In this document: positions 13,582 to 24,935 of the stretch, one piece after another
How positions within the stretch are numbered: position 1 is the first letter of the stretch
How the letters are laid out: every line of letters starts with the position of its first letter
Assembly: GCA_030141605.1 (NCBI GenBank)
Contig: JAQGDQ010000416.1
Span: 62,001-126,000 of the forward strand
Length of the DNA: 64,000 nucleotides
Direction: 5' to 3'
Source: Tubiluchus corallicola
Taxonomy: Eukaryota > Animalia > Priapulida
Translations under genes and position numbers: made by a program
Notes under the pieces: model-generated
Databases searched by the model: none
The model's input: only the letters and a program-made list of their open reading frames with translations
What the model was told of the DNA's origin: nothing

Positions 13582-16500
13582 AAAATGATAATAATAATAA
13601 TAACAGTATCGTGAAATTAACTGTACAAATTGTTTATCGCGCATTTCTGCATAGCCATACACGCAGGAACTCATAATTAACATCATTATCAAATGCTTTT
13701 TATTCGCCTTGCTTCTCCTATACATAACATAATCTATTCAAGACGCTGCGTGGGCTTATAATACATGTTATCATGTTTGATTAATCTTAACGACATTCAG
13801 GCATACTGTAGTAGGTAAGTTTGACAAAGAAGCTTAGCAAGCGGTAATGTCAGCGGATGTTGTGCAGCAGTAATTAACTTTTCCCCTTAGATTTTGCTTA
13901 ATCTCCTAGCAGGAGTGGGAGCAAAGGCTTCGATTTACGCTTAATACAAAGGTAAATGGAAAATCAGAAGCCATGTAATACATCAACTTTGGTAATTTTG
14001 TGGAAAAATTGTTAGCCGTTTTTTGCAAAGTTAAACAACTGCTAATCGGCTTACGTGCCGTAAATTTAACATTACCTTACAAGCTTGGGTGTTAAAATTT
14101 ATGTATTAACCTGTATGCGTAGCATGCTGGCTTCAATACGAAAATTGTTACCGACTTTGCAACTAGTTATTACAAAGATGGCCACGCTCCATCAACGTCA
14201 GGTTCAGCACATTTTACGGAGTCAAGAAAAACCTTTAATGGATTTATTGGGTTGGGTGTTATCTTAAATAGACCAGTGAACCGTAGTTCAAGGTCGCTTG
14301 CCGTGTCCCATTCAGTGTCACGTAGGACAGCTTTAATGCTTTAAGATGTTGACCACGAAATACATGCACAAAACTTTTCTTATTTTTTATTTTTATGTTG
14401 AATCAGTCGTATCGTCAAGTGATTTGAGTGAATCTACCGATGATGATCTAGTTCAAGCCCATCAAGCGTCTTGCTAACAAAAAACACTGAGGTCAAAGGT
14501 CAAGCAGGCAATTTTTGCATATCAACACTTATCACAAACTTGTCCACCGCTCTAGAATAATAATATTTGCTAGCCAAACCCTGCAAAAAAGTTTTTCACA
14601 TAAACTTACAATAACAACTCAAACCACACTGCATTACAACACCCGCGCCACACTACACAACACCACACATGCCATGCCCACCACACCATCCACATCACAC
14701 CACCCACACCAAGGCTGGCAGTTCGTTACGGTACGGTACGAAATTACGGTACGGTAGTTTTTCGACAGTACGGTACGGTACGAAATTACGGCACGGTAGT
14801 TTTTCGACAGTACGGTACGGTACGAAATTACGGCACGGTAGTTTTTCGACAGTACGGTACAGTACGAAATTACGGCACGGTAGTTTTTCGACAGTACGGT
14901 ACGGTAGTTTTTCGACAGTACGGTACGGTACGAAATTACGGTACGGTAGTTTTTCGACAGTACGGCTACGGTATGAAATTACGGTACGGCAGTTTTTCGA
15001 CAGTACGGTACGGTATGAAATTACGGCACGGTAGTTTTTCGACAGTACGGTACGGTACGAAATTACAGTATTTTTCGAACCTTTATCGAACCTTTATCGA
15101 ACCTTTATCGTACCTTTATCCGTACCTTTATCCGTACCTTTATCGTACCTTTATCGTACCTTTATCCGTACCTTTATCCGTACCTTCATCGTACCTTTAT
15201 CCGTACATTTATCCCCAGTTTCTTGTAACGTTTCGATTGATCAGCAACTCAGTGTGAGGACTTATTTTGTTTCTTGTGTGGGACTTACTGTTCTCCCCTA
15301 ATTAACGTAAAACATACAAAACCGCTAAATCGGTTCCTTTTGAGTGCAAACTGCAAAGCCACAAGTTGTTTGGAAATTGGAGTTGTCATATCATCTTGTG
15401 CTTGATATAATTTTTATCATCAGACTGCTTTTGTATGTAATATTGTAGCGGGTCGCAGAATTAAACTGTCACGGGCTTCGTGAAAATGCAGTGTATTGAA
15501 TGTAAAATTGCGTGGGCCAATCAGAGCTCAGTTTTCTAGGCCAATTTTCTCGAGCGTGTAACCTGTTCTCGTAGATTCGAGGGCAGTGCGTTCTCGGCCA
15601 TGTTCGGTTTCGGTTTTATTTTGTTTTTCTCTTCTTGGTTGCTGTTATTAAGTCAGTCGTGATTCAGTAATTTTTGGTTTAACCCCTTGGTTTGCATTTC
15701 GACTCAACACGTAAGTGTCAGCTATAAACTGTTGTTAAGTGTTTCATTTTACTGTTTTTCTTTCTTTTCTTTTTTTATAATTTTCCTTAGTTAATTATGT
15801 ATCCTCGCTATCATAGACGGCATCACAATATCATAGCATAGCCTGTATAATGCAGCTTTTGTAATCTAACATAAATAGTATGGAAGTGCAAAGAACAGTT
15901 CTGTTTTTATTGTACGCATAAATTCATAACGATAATTGATAAATTTACCTCCTCATTTTTACAATTAATTTTTATGTTACTCTATATCTTTTTATAGTAG
16001 ATCCTACATGCACTTGGTCGAAATTACGGTACGATTTTATAGGTACCGTACGGAATTACGGTACGGTATTTTCTAGAGGTACGAAGTACGATACTTTTTC
16101 GTACCGTACCGTACTGTTAGCCTTGCCTTTAGGTCAACGCAACGTTATAATAAAAACAACGCCATGTACGTGGAAATGCTATTTTAGTTTTTCATCAACT
16201 TATTATACGCATGAGAAATATTATATACATACGTACGCCATGGTTACCCCACGTGTATTCGCCTCCTTTCTCTATATCGGTTTTAAAAAACATGTGAGTA
16301 AAATGCTGGGCGAAGAACGCAAACAGTACAGACGAATTGATGCGGTCTGGTAAAAATTCTGTCCGCCTTAAAAGTTTGTTTGTTACTTCGTTCACATCAG
16401 GTAGCTGCTTTCTGCCTAAAACAAAATATTATTACACACTGGATAAGAGCTGTTCCTCCAGCAATAGTTTACTTATGTAAGCCGCCATGAGTATCACTTG

Positions 16501-19500
16501 GCCACAAAAATGGTAAACCACTCGTACTGATACTGGTGGGTATTTTTGTAGAAAATCAACGGTTTATATCAGCTCGTACGCAACTAAAGCTGAATTATAA
16601 ATCCATGTACGTGTTACTGATCCCATGGTACTATTAATACATCACAAATACATTTATTTTTGATTACAGACAAGTACTAAAACTACCCCCTGCGGAATAC
16701 CCCTATGAGCATTGCATGATGACGTGTGCTCATTGAAATAACCTTCAACAAATGGTTTCTTGCTTCTCAATAACGCCATGACAAGATCAATAATTTCTTT
16801 CCTGATTAGATTACAACAATCTAAGCGAAGCTAACAGTATACAGTGCACCATAGGTATCGCACGATTTTAATTACTTTTTTAACTTACATTTTCAGCAAT
16901 ATGAACAGCAATATGAAAAATCTCACTAACACAGTCTCTTATGAACTCTAAAATAATAATCCGACATGACCATGTGCACTAATTTAAGTAATGTTACAAA
17001 AACCTGAATGTGTCACTCAATGTTGACAGGAAAATAGTGTTTACTACCTTTAGTTCCCATTGGGGTAGGGCAGTTCTTCGGGACAGGCGGAAGAGCTCGC
17101 TGATATTGTGACCTGTTGTAATAAACATCCAAAGTGATGTACTCATGATCAGAATTATATAGAGCAGGGCTGTCGACTATGTCGGCTCTAACTGAAAAAA
17201 AAACAATCCCACGACTATCATAACAAAGTATAATTTTAATTACAGCAAAGGTTGAATTTTACTAGTATTTGACAACAGTGACTCCTTTTTGCAGCTGTTT
17301 CACTTTTTGCTGCACTTAATAACTGTACTTGAGTGCATAACATGTACAATTTTGTTTTTGTACAGCAATACGATTTACGAAGTTTTTAAATCAAGTGGCA
17401 AACCCTATACATATATTTTCAAATATTGCAACAAAATTATACCAAAATAATCACGTAAATCTACCTAAAATGAGTGCCTGCTTCAACATAAATCGATTGT
17501 GTGACAAAGTGGAATTCTAGTTCAACGCAATATAATTGCTGCGTTGTTCTATATTGTTGGCCTAGAAATTGTTCTATAATCAAATTGCCGACAGCCTTTA
17601 ATTCCACATGCAATTGATGGCACACACATAACTCACATAACACAGCCATGTAAATTGGACTAATTTATTTCCAGTTCACACTCCCCGTTCTGTGGCACGG
17701 CACAGTTCATTAGGGAAAATTTACTTTACTCTTACGAATATTCAGCATTTGCCTTTAAATTTCAGAGATAAAGTAAGAAATGAATAAATTCATTTTTAAT
17801 TTCAATTTTTAAAAATCGCGAATTAAAGTAAACATTTATCATGGTTTTTTATAATGTTAAATCCTAGAATTCGTTTCAAAATTTAGTTTGGTTTTTCAAC
17901 AGTGTTAAACGACAGACTATCAGGTTACCGGTGAATCTGAAATGTATATGCCTAAATCAAAACGTCAGAACTCAAATAAGTTCATCTGAGTTTTATTTCA
18001 ATTTTCAACAATGATAAATTACAGTTGGGACTTTACCACAGTCTTTTCTCCTGCATTATCGTCAGACATTTCGCCAGATTACAGACTTCTAATGCGCTTT
18101 ATGGTACTTAGACTGGAACTTTATTTCCAGTGTTGCAAAGTTAAATCAACATTTGCCAGAACAGTAACGACCTTATAAATTTGTGCAACATATTTTTACA
18201 GCAAAATTGTCTTTTGTGTGCGAGCGATCGCATTCTGGCCAGCAGAAAATTTTTTATAACGTCTGTGTTCGCACAAATTTCAATCACGAATGTCGCTTAA
18301 GTAAAAAAAACGAATTAAATAGAAGACCGCGTTTCCACGCGATGCACTCAATTTCCAAACTAATCAAGCCAACAATGTGATTTGCGTACGTACGTGAGTA
18401 AATAGTAACTAATCATACTAAGATATAAAGATGTTGGTTACTCCAAATGCTGGGTATAAATTAAATAAACAACTAAAATGAGTGATTTAGGCAGACACTA
18501 TGTGAACGAATGATTTATTAAACCAATAAGCTGTACCTCAATTCAAGCATCACCTAGTTTAGGTATTAAGTCAATAAGTTTCATAAACTTGAACTTCAAC
18601 ATGAACTTGCCCAATTAAAAAAAAGTTATATCTACTTAACTAACTTACTTAATTAATACTAAACTTGCATATGTCTTAAGTTTTGGGTCGTTCTTTCTTA
18701 CTAGGAACGTATTACGTTACACTGAACTTACTTAAAAGTGAGTAAAAAAATTTGAAAAACTGATTTCGAATGCGTGCAACTATTTATTTTAGGTGAGGTT
18801 CTTAACAACGAATAAACGTTACAGTCATTGCAGATCTCAAGCAATTGCTAGTATAACAAAGTGGCACCAGCATATATTATTTCATTTTTCTTGCCAATAG
18901 GTATCGCCACAGTGTGCAAAACAGATTACATTGCTAACACTGCATACACGTTGGCATCGCCGTCTACTAATATTTGTCTTGCAGAAGCTGTTATATTTAA
19001 CTTACCTCGGTATACTGTTTTCATTAGAAAATCCCTTAGGAAACCGATCCGATTTATAATATTCCAGAGCCATTCGTAATGAGTTAGAATATTATGCTGA
19101 GTTTCAGGGGACGGTTTCAACCAAAGTTTCACTGCCATGCTCCAAGTAGCTATAAAAATAACGGAAAAATGTCAGGAGTCCATTTTGCAAAATCAGTAAC
19201 AAAAGCGGTTGATGTTTCAATAAACAAAGGAAGTCGCATTGGCAATAATAATAACGAAGGTCCAGGCAATCAATCAAAAAATGATCGTTGTTTAATTTTT
19301 TGACTGATAGTAATGCAAATCGGAAATCCGAATGTCAAACAGCTTTCACTATTAATAATTAATTGAGCTGCCTAGATTTAATACAAGGACTTTTTTGCCA
19401 ACAATAAAGATGGAATCAAAAATCAGACGCATACAAAGAAAAATTCAAATTATTTTCACGTAAACATATCCACATGAACATAAATTACGTCTGCTTTACG

Positions 19501-22144
19501 TTCCGCAAATATCGCTAATTAACAAAATTAATTTTCTTCGTCGGAAAAATTCCTCTGGGTAATTTTATTTCTCGTCATAAAATTGCAACGTAACTTTGTC
19601 CATAATTTCTTGAATAACGAAATTAGTCGAGGCAAAATTGCTATGGAAATCAACTCACGAATTTCACAGTTTTTCCCGAAATACCCTGTATTTGTGCAAT
19701 CACAGACGTAGTTTGTATAACCCTGAGTCATGCAAATTCCACGATTCTGACAAGGAAACGAACAGCAAGGGTTATATGTACCTGAAAATGCGTTAATTCT
19801 GTTAAACCTGAGTCAGTCTAACATCGTCACGTATGTTACTTCATTTGTGTGATATAAAACGCTGGTCAAGCTAAGTAAACACCGTGTGTAAACTATAAAG
19901 TCAATAATATTTCCCTAGATGGCAGTACTATGGTGCTGGTAAACACTTTTATGTCAAAAGAACAACAAGACATGCAGCACCGTGCAGTGACGAGTCACAG
20001 AAAGCCTAGGACACCTGCACTTTATTATCAAGAAATAGACAACAGCTAGACAAAACGATGGCAAACTAAACAGTGTCAAAGAAAGCCTGTCATCTGATTT
20101 CACATCACTACCACATCACATCACGCCAGTATCATCATTATCTTCATTCCCATCATTATCATCACCAGTCCCCCACTATCACCATCATCGCCAAAACTAC
20201 ACAGTCACCATCATCACTGCTGTCAGACCAATACCACCACTACTACATCCATTGCTAGTGCCACCAACATTACTACTGTACCAATATTATAAGCAGTGCT
20301 ATCATCATCATCATCATCATCAATCAATCATCATCACTACACTACAGTAAGCACCAAAACCAAAACCAGCATCTTAATTAATTTTTTTCCAGAAAAGTGA
20401 TTTGCTTAGTTAAGTGAGTACTTAACAATCTCTGTAGACAATAACCATATGAAATTTGCTTATGAGCAGCAACTCTAACCAAGACTAACCTAGCAAGAAA
20501 CTACGTGTTTAATTTGTTCGCAGGTGTTAGCATATTTACTTACTACAAATTACAATTTACACAGCGCCAGAGTGTGCAACGTAGAGATATCAAAAATTTA
20601 TTGAGACTGCTCCTATAATTCATTAAAACTTGACATTATATCACGAGGCTGGCAGGTTTTATTCAACAATTTTTTCACGTGATGCTAATATCGTGATCCC
20701 TTAATTAAATAGACGGATTTATTTTCTTACAATTAAACTGCTAATGCTAATATGATCAGTAGAACGTTTCAACTTTATACTGAGTCGTTCTTAACATGTG
20801 TACCATCCCTATAATCCATGCTGAGAAGGACTGGCTTTATTAAAAATATTTTAACTCCTTGAATAAACACCGCATTTTCTTAAAGCAAAACCGGACCCAA
20901 TCTTAAACTGTAGGTGAAAACAATCTACTCTTTAAAATACTGAAAAACACACTATTTTTTAAAGATAGTTTACGTAAATGGATTATTACCACACAAACAC
21001 AGTTTCGCGTTCGCGCCACTAGTTCTTCGCTGTTGCATACATTTCGCCATTCTCTAGTTAGACGGGCACTAGCGTCTGCATTTCGGAAACGAATTGCACA
21101 AAAAACAGGTACTGTACCTCTCTGTTTAGATGTGCTCGTTTGTGACGAACTGCACACATTCGACTGCTCATGCGTGAACACAGCGGTAAATTTGAAGTTT
21201 GAATTTTTATCTTAAAACTTGCCTAGTTTCAGTACAACATACTCAACATACTAAATAGCTTGCAATAGCACTGTACTTTAATTTTCTCTTTTACAAACAC
21301 GTGCAACACGCTTGTGGGATATTTTTGCTCTTGAAAATTGTATTCGTTTGTGATGTCGTCAACAGTTTGGCTCACCTGCCGTTAATTGAGATTTTAATCT
21401 ACTATTTAATTATCAGAAACGCTTTTGCAGTATTAATTGTATTCAAATGCATACTTTTTATCGGACATGACAATAAAGCAGTATATGAAAAATCATCCTG
21501 TCTTTCTTTATGCAATTACCTATTTTTTGTGAGAAAAATGTACAACGTTGCGTCGGACTGCGTCCAAACGTACAGGTCGTACTTCTTATTTATACTAGTT
21601 TTTTTAATTGCATCATTTTTTGCATTACAGACTCATATTCATGATTAATAACAGCACAATAAAAACAAATGATACATAGGCCTGAATAAATAAATTAATT
21701 AATAAACTAAAATACCTAACTTTCACTTTTGTAATGCACTTTATAACGTGAGTTTAGTCATTAGTCAACTTGTTTAAAATCCAGCAGTTTTCACACGTTT
21801 CCGTGAATTCTACCAACCTAATCTCCGCATTTCATTTTCTGATTATTAAACAATTTTTTGGAATAGCTAAGAACTGCAGCCTGAAAGAAATGTTTGGTCA
21901 TATACGAAGAATAAGCTGTTGAAGTACTGCAAGTATCCGAAGTGACAACTTCAGGAAAATCCAAAAAATTGCCAAAACACATTGAGTATAAGTTGTTTAA
22001 GTAATCAAACAAAAAAAGCTTCAGACAGTGATTTTCCAATAACACATTTCTATTATAAATAAATAAAGAAAGCTACTCACTGTCGTCAACACTGGCGCCA
22101 ACGGTTATGAATACAAGGCAGATATAAACGTAACTGACCAACAT
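7227..22144 (-). CDS. PTGS: Prostaglandin G/H synthase (cyclooxygenase), complete 10-coding-exon gene, ~588 aa: join(22144-22081,19781-19659,19149-19006,17191-17048,16415-16237,13109-13026,11327-11081,10127-9841,8581-8437,7576-7227)
   Basis: Exons sum to 1767 nt (589 codons incl. stop) with GT-AG introns and matching phases. Motifs: [14 protein letters not shown] (EGF), R120, AQHFTH (Q203/H207), [17 protein letters not shown] (Y348/V349), Y355, [10 protein letters not shown] (Y385/H388), GPFSVKG (S530), KDEL*. Symbol is family-level; invertebrate COX is not strictly COX-1 or COX-2. Confidence 0.96.
7772..8131. mobile_element. MITE (~360 bp) in last COX intron
   Basis: 19-bp TIR AATAAGCCTTTTCACAGTT / AACTGTGAAAAAGTTTATT (17/19). 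Superfamily uncertain. Confidence 0.7.
8437..8581 (-). CDS. PTGS: COX exon 9
   Basis: 145 nt, [48 protein letters not shown]. Confidence 0.95.
8768..9157. mobile_element. Old hAT-type MITE
   Basis: TIRs CAAGACCAGATTA / TAATCCGGCAGTG. Degenerate 8-bp TSD ACCGGAAG / ACTGGCAG (6/8). Confidence 0.6.
9841..10127 (-). CDS. PTGS: COX exon 8: catalytic Tyr385 and proximal His388
   Basis: 287 nt, [17 protein letters not shown]...[18 protein letters not shown]...SRQRARR. Confidence 0.96.
11081..11327 (-). CDS. PTGS: COX exon 7
   Basis: 247 nt, TINGEAWP...[53 protein letters not shown]. Confidence 0.96.
11556..11963. mobile_element. hAT-type MITE
   Basis: Ends TAGGGGTTTA / TACGCCCCTG. 8-bp TSD CAGACCTT / CAGAACTT (7/8). 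Confidence 0.65.
13026..13109 (-). CDS. PTGS: COX exon 6 (not in ORF track)
   Basis: 84 nt, [28 protein letters not shown], flanked by tag| and |gttag. Confidence 0.95.
14570..14709 (-). mobile_element. Helitron-like element, copy 3 (abuts MITE at 14710)
   Basis: CTAGCCAAACCCTGCAAAAAAGTTTTTCACATAAAC followed by a (CACCA)-like tract. Confidence 0.5.
14710..16125. mobile_element. 1.4-kb non-autonomous TIR DNA transposon with subterminal GTACG arrays in COX intron 5
   Basis: TIRs CAAGGCTGGCAGT..TACGGTACGGTACGAAA / TTTCGTACCGTACCGTACTGTTAGCCTTG. No intact TSD. Confidence 0.75.
14727..15215. repeat. 42-bp tandem array (~8 copies) followed by an 11-12-bp CCTTTATC(C)GTA array
   Basis: Unit GTACGGTACGAAATTACGG(T/C)ACGGTAGTTTTTCGACAGTACG. 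The second array spans 15075-15215. Confidence 0.92.
16237..16415 (-). CDS. PTGS: COX exon 5: distal heme site
   Basis: 179 nt, [59 protein letters not shown]. Confidence 0.95.
17048..17191 (-). CDS. PTGS: COX exon 4 (not in ORF track)
   Basis: 144 nt, (V)[47 protein letters not shown]. Contains R120 and the N144 sequon NRS. Confidence 0.95.
19006..19149 (-). CDS. PTGS: COX exon 3: membrane-binding helices
   Basis: 144 nt, [52 protein letters not shown] donor. Confidence 0.95.
19659..19781 (-). CDS. PTGS: COX exon 2: EGF-like domain
   Basis: ttttcag|GT ACA TAT AAC CCT TGC TGT... = [40 protein letters not shown], followed by a GTGAGT donor. Confidence 0.95.
20100..20345. repeat. Degenerate (CAT/CAC)n microsatellite
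   Basis: CATCAT/CACCAC runs. Confidence 0.7.
22081..22144 (-). CDS. PTGS: COX coding exon 1: signal peptide [21 protein letters not shown]
   Basis: ATG at 22144, hydrophobic core and VGA cleavage-like site. GTGAGT donor at 22080 in phase 1, matching the next exon. Confidence 0.8.
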
Positions 22145-24885
22145 CTTTGCTGAAAAAAGAATGTATTGATAAATCACTTTTCATTTTATTTGTAATACTC
22201 AAGGCCAATACACTAATTACTACTTGATCGTACATTCTAGATTGCTGCTTAAGCATACATATTATATAAGGCAATCAAAACTATGTAAAACATAAACTGC
22301 AATTTTTATACCCTAGACTAAGAGAAATCAGAACGGCACGTGTAAGTCCTAGAAATATCACAGAGATGATAGGGCTATAAAGTCGAATTGATCATTGCTG
22401 AGTTATATATGTAATAGGTCTATAAAGTTTACGCGTTTGAGAGTCATTGTACGAGGAACAGAAATTTCGAAACGTTTGCCAAAGGAACTGACGGTTTTCC
22501 ACCGGATGTTTACTTTGCTGCGTTCTGTGAAAAACTGTACACATAAACTAAGTAGGTTTATATATTAATCGCCCTTGCAGTTTGTAAAAAACAGGAAAGA
22601 ACCAAACAAACTCTCTCGAGGCTTTTTGCTTATGTGACTCAATAGTGACCCATACAAAGCATTCTAATGTAAACTATATTCGATTTTGTATCGACGCCTA
22701 TAATATTGTTCTGTGGTTCGACCCAGTAGATAGCCTTGCGGTCCGCCATCGGTGATGCGGATAAGCGCTGCATAACGGTCACCCCAGAAATCTAAAAAAA
22801 AGGAAACCACAAAACCAAAACTTAGAATTCAAAAGGGACGGCTGAGAAGAACAACACAATAGAAAAAAACAAAACCTTCAAACCTTACGGAATCCACGAC
22901 ACTCGGCAGGCAGACAAGAGAAGTGCATTCCACGACAACCAGGAGACAACTGACGATGTCACGTGTTCGTTCTTTCCACAGGAAATCACTGCTCAACCAA
23001 ACGCAGGTAATGTTATGGGCTTCCTAGTTTAAAGTGGAGATCATAACATTACCTGTAGGCCGGTTGGCCTTGTGCCTATGAATAGAACTGTACAATAACA
23101 CTTTCACCTGTTCAGCTCAATATTCTTAACCGTCAGTTGTAGCAATGTTTCTTTTAGCACGTACTTTTATTTCTTAGTTTCCTGTCACTTAATTACTTTC
23201 GTTTAATGTGGGTATTTCTTAAACTTTTCTTGCCTTGATTCTATTTACAATACTGTCAAACTATAGTCACTATTTTACCTGCTATATATATGCAGTTGGA
23301 GAACCTACGTTATAAACTAAGTTGTAAATTGAATGGCTTGCAATCTTCTAATGACTGTCCACAATTCACGCGGCGAAAGATACTGTTTTTTTCACGGTTA
23401 TGTTTAGTTCCGGAATATCACTAACACGAAATACAAGCTATTCGGTACGTTTATTCTTCGTTGCCGGTAAGCAACTCATAGCCAGGTAAAATCCATGGTA
23501 TTTACTTTAACTTTAAGATGTAGCCTCTTTTGCAGTAGTTAGATGTATCCCATATTTACCAAAGGGTCAACGCGTCTTGACGTCCTGCATACAACACAAT
23601 GCACAGTCAGGTAGAAAGACAAAACTCATAAAATTAACAGAGTTTTAAAGGTTTTACATAAGTTTTCAGAATCCATTCGTTTGCTTTCATGCGATACACA
23701 AGATGTTCACGGTTCGTTCACCGCAAAAAGACCTGCGGCACTACGCTACCCACATTTAGGGACTCGAGTCTTAAGCTAATTTTCTTTCATCGGCTTATTA
23801 TAACCGATGTAAACCGCCATAAGTTTTTTCTCCTTTTCGTAGTTCAAATAACTGCAATTTACCAACGTATGTACACAGAAATATTCACCATTATTACCCG
23901 GATTTCTAAAGTAATAGGTGTGATTTAATTTACTGCGTAGTTTACACACACCCACGAAATTCACGAACATTTGAGACAAAAAGAGTTATTGTAATCTGCA
24001 GCAAATATTCACGTAATCCGTGTAACGTAAAAGACTTCAAATTTCCACTCCCAAGTACAACAACATTATTGCACTTCTTTTACACGAACGTGTATAGTTG
24101 TCACCCAAAGTCAACACTCAGGCATTATATTGGCTATTTATCTTGGTCTTCACAAATTTTTTATGGAATTTTGTCGAAAAGAGAAGTGGCTATCTAGATT
24201 TCTACAAAAATCAAGAAATTGCAATTTTCTTGATGCGCACGAACATTGTATGAAAAGGAAACTAGGCAAGTCACGAGGCACAGTTTTACGAGTTTAAACT
24301 AGGTGTGTAGTCTGTGTACCATATTTGGGATAGTCAGCGGAAGTCATTATTCCAGGTAGTCTATTCAGTGGAAATACTTTCGGCGCAAATCATTATGAAA
24401 AAGGGTAAATTTCAAAATTTAAATAAGTAATTCGTTAATTTATTATTACTCAATAATTAAACTTATTGTGAACGCAGCGTGACGAAAGCAAACAACAAGC
24501 TATTAACAGCACTAATGAAACATTTTTTATTAAAAATGTTAAGTGCAGAAAATTAAAACCGCAGTTTTTAGTTTGTCTGTCCAGTCGTAAGAATATGTTG
24601 CGTTTCTCCGTGCACGGTTATTCCTTGATGGATGATGGCTACATTCAACTGAATTGTTTTCATCACTTTAACCGGTTTGTGGAAGTTGTAATTGTACATT
24701 TTTAGGTGCTGCCATCTATGAACTAATCCTTTTACTCTACCAGCTACTTACCCCCAGTATAATTGTACGGTCCAGTGAATGCATATTCACTGGATCTCTC
24801 CCTAATTTAAAGTAATGGTTTTGTGAAGCCTGTACAAGTATGCATAGTCACCTATACCTATATATACTGACTGGATTTACTTTCT

Positions 24886-24935
24886 AGTCACTGTCTAACT
24901 CTCAGTGTTCAGTCACTGTCTAACTCTCAGTGTTC
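24886..24935. repeat. Perfect 25-bp tandem duplication
   Basis: AGTCACTGTCTAACTCTCAGTGTTC x2. Confidence 0.9.

Noticed and set aside
14669-15257. ORFs with a 14-aa [14 protein letters not shown] repeat
   Set aside because: They come from the 42-bp subterminal array of a non-autonomous transposon.
21372-21420. Alternative COX first exon ending CAG|GTGAG on the minus strand
   Set aside because: In-frame stop shortly upstream with no ATG or signal peptide. 22081-22144 fits much better.
22635-22641. AP-1 site TGACTCA near the COX 5' end and scattered CRE palindromes
   Set aside because: 7-8-mers are expected by chance, and the TSS is unknown.
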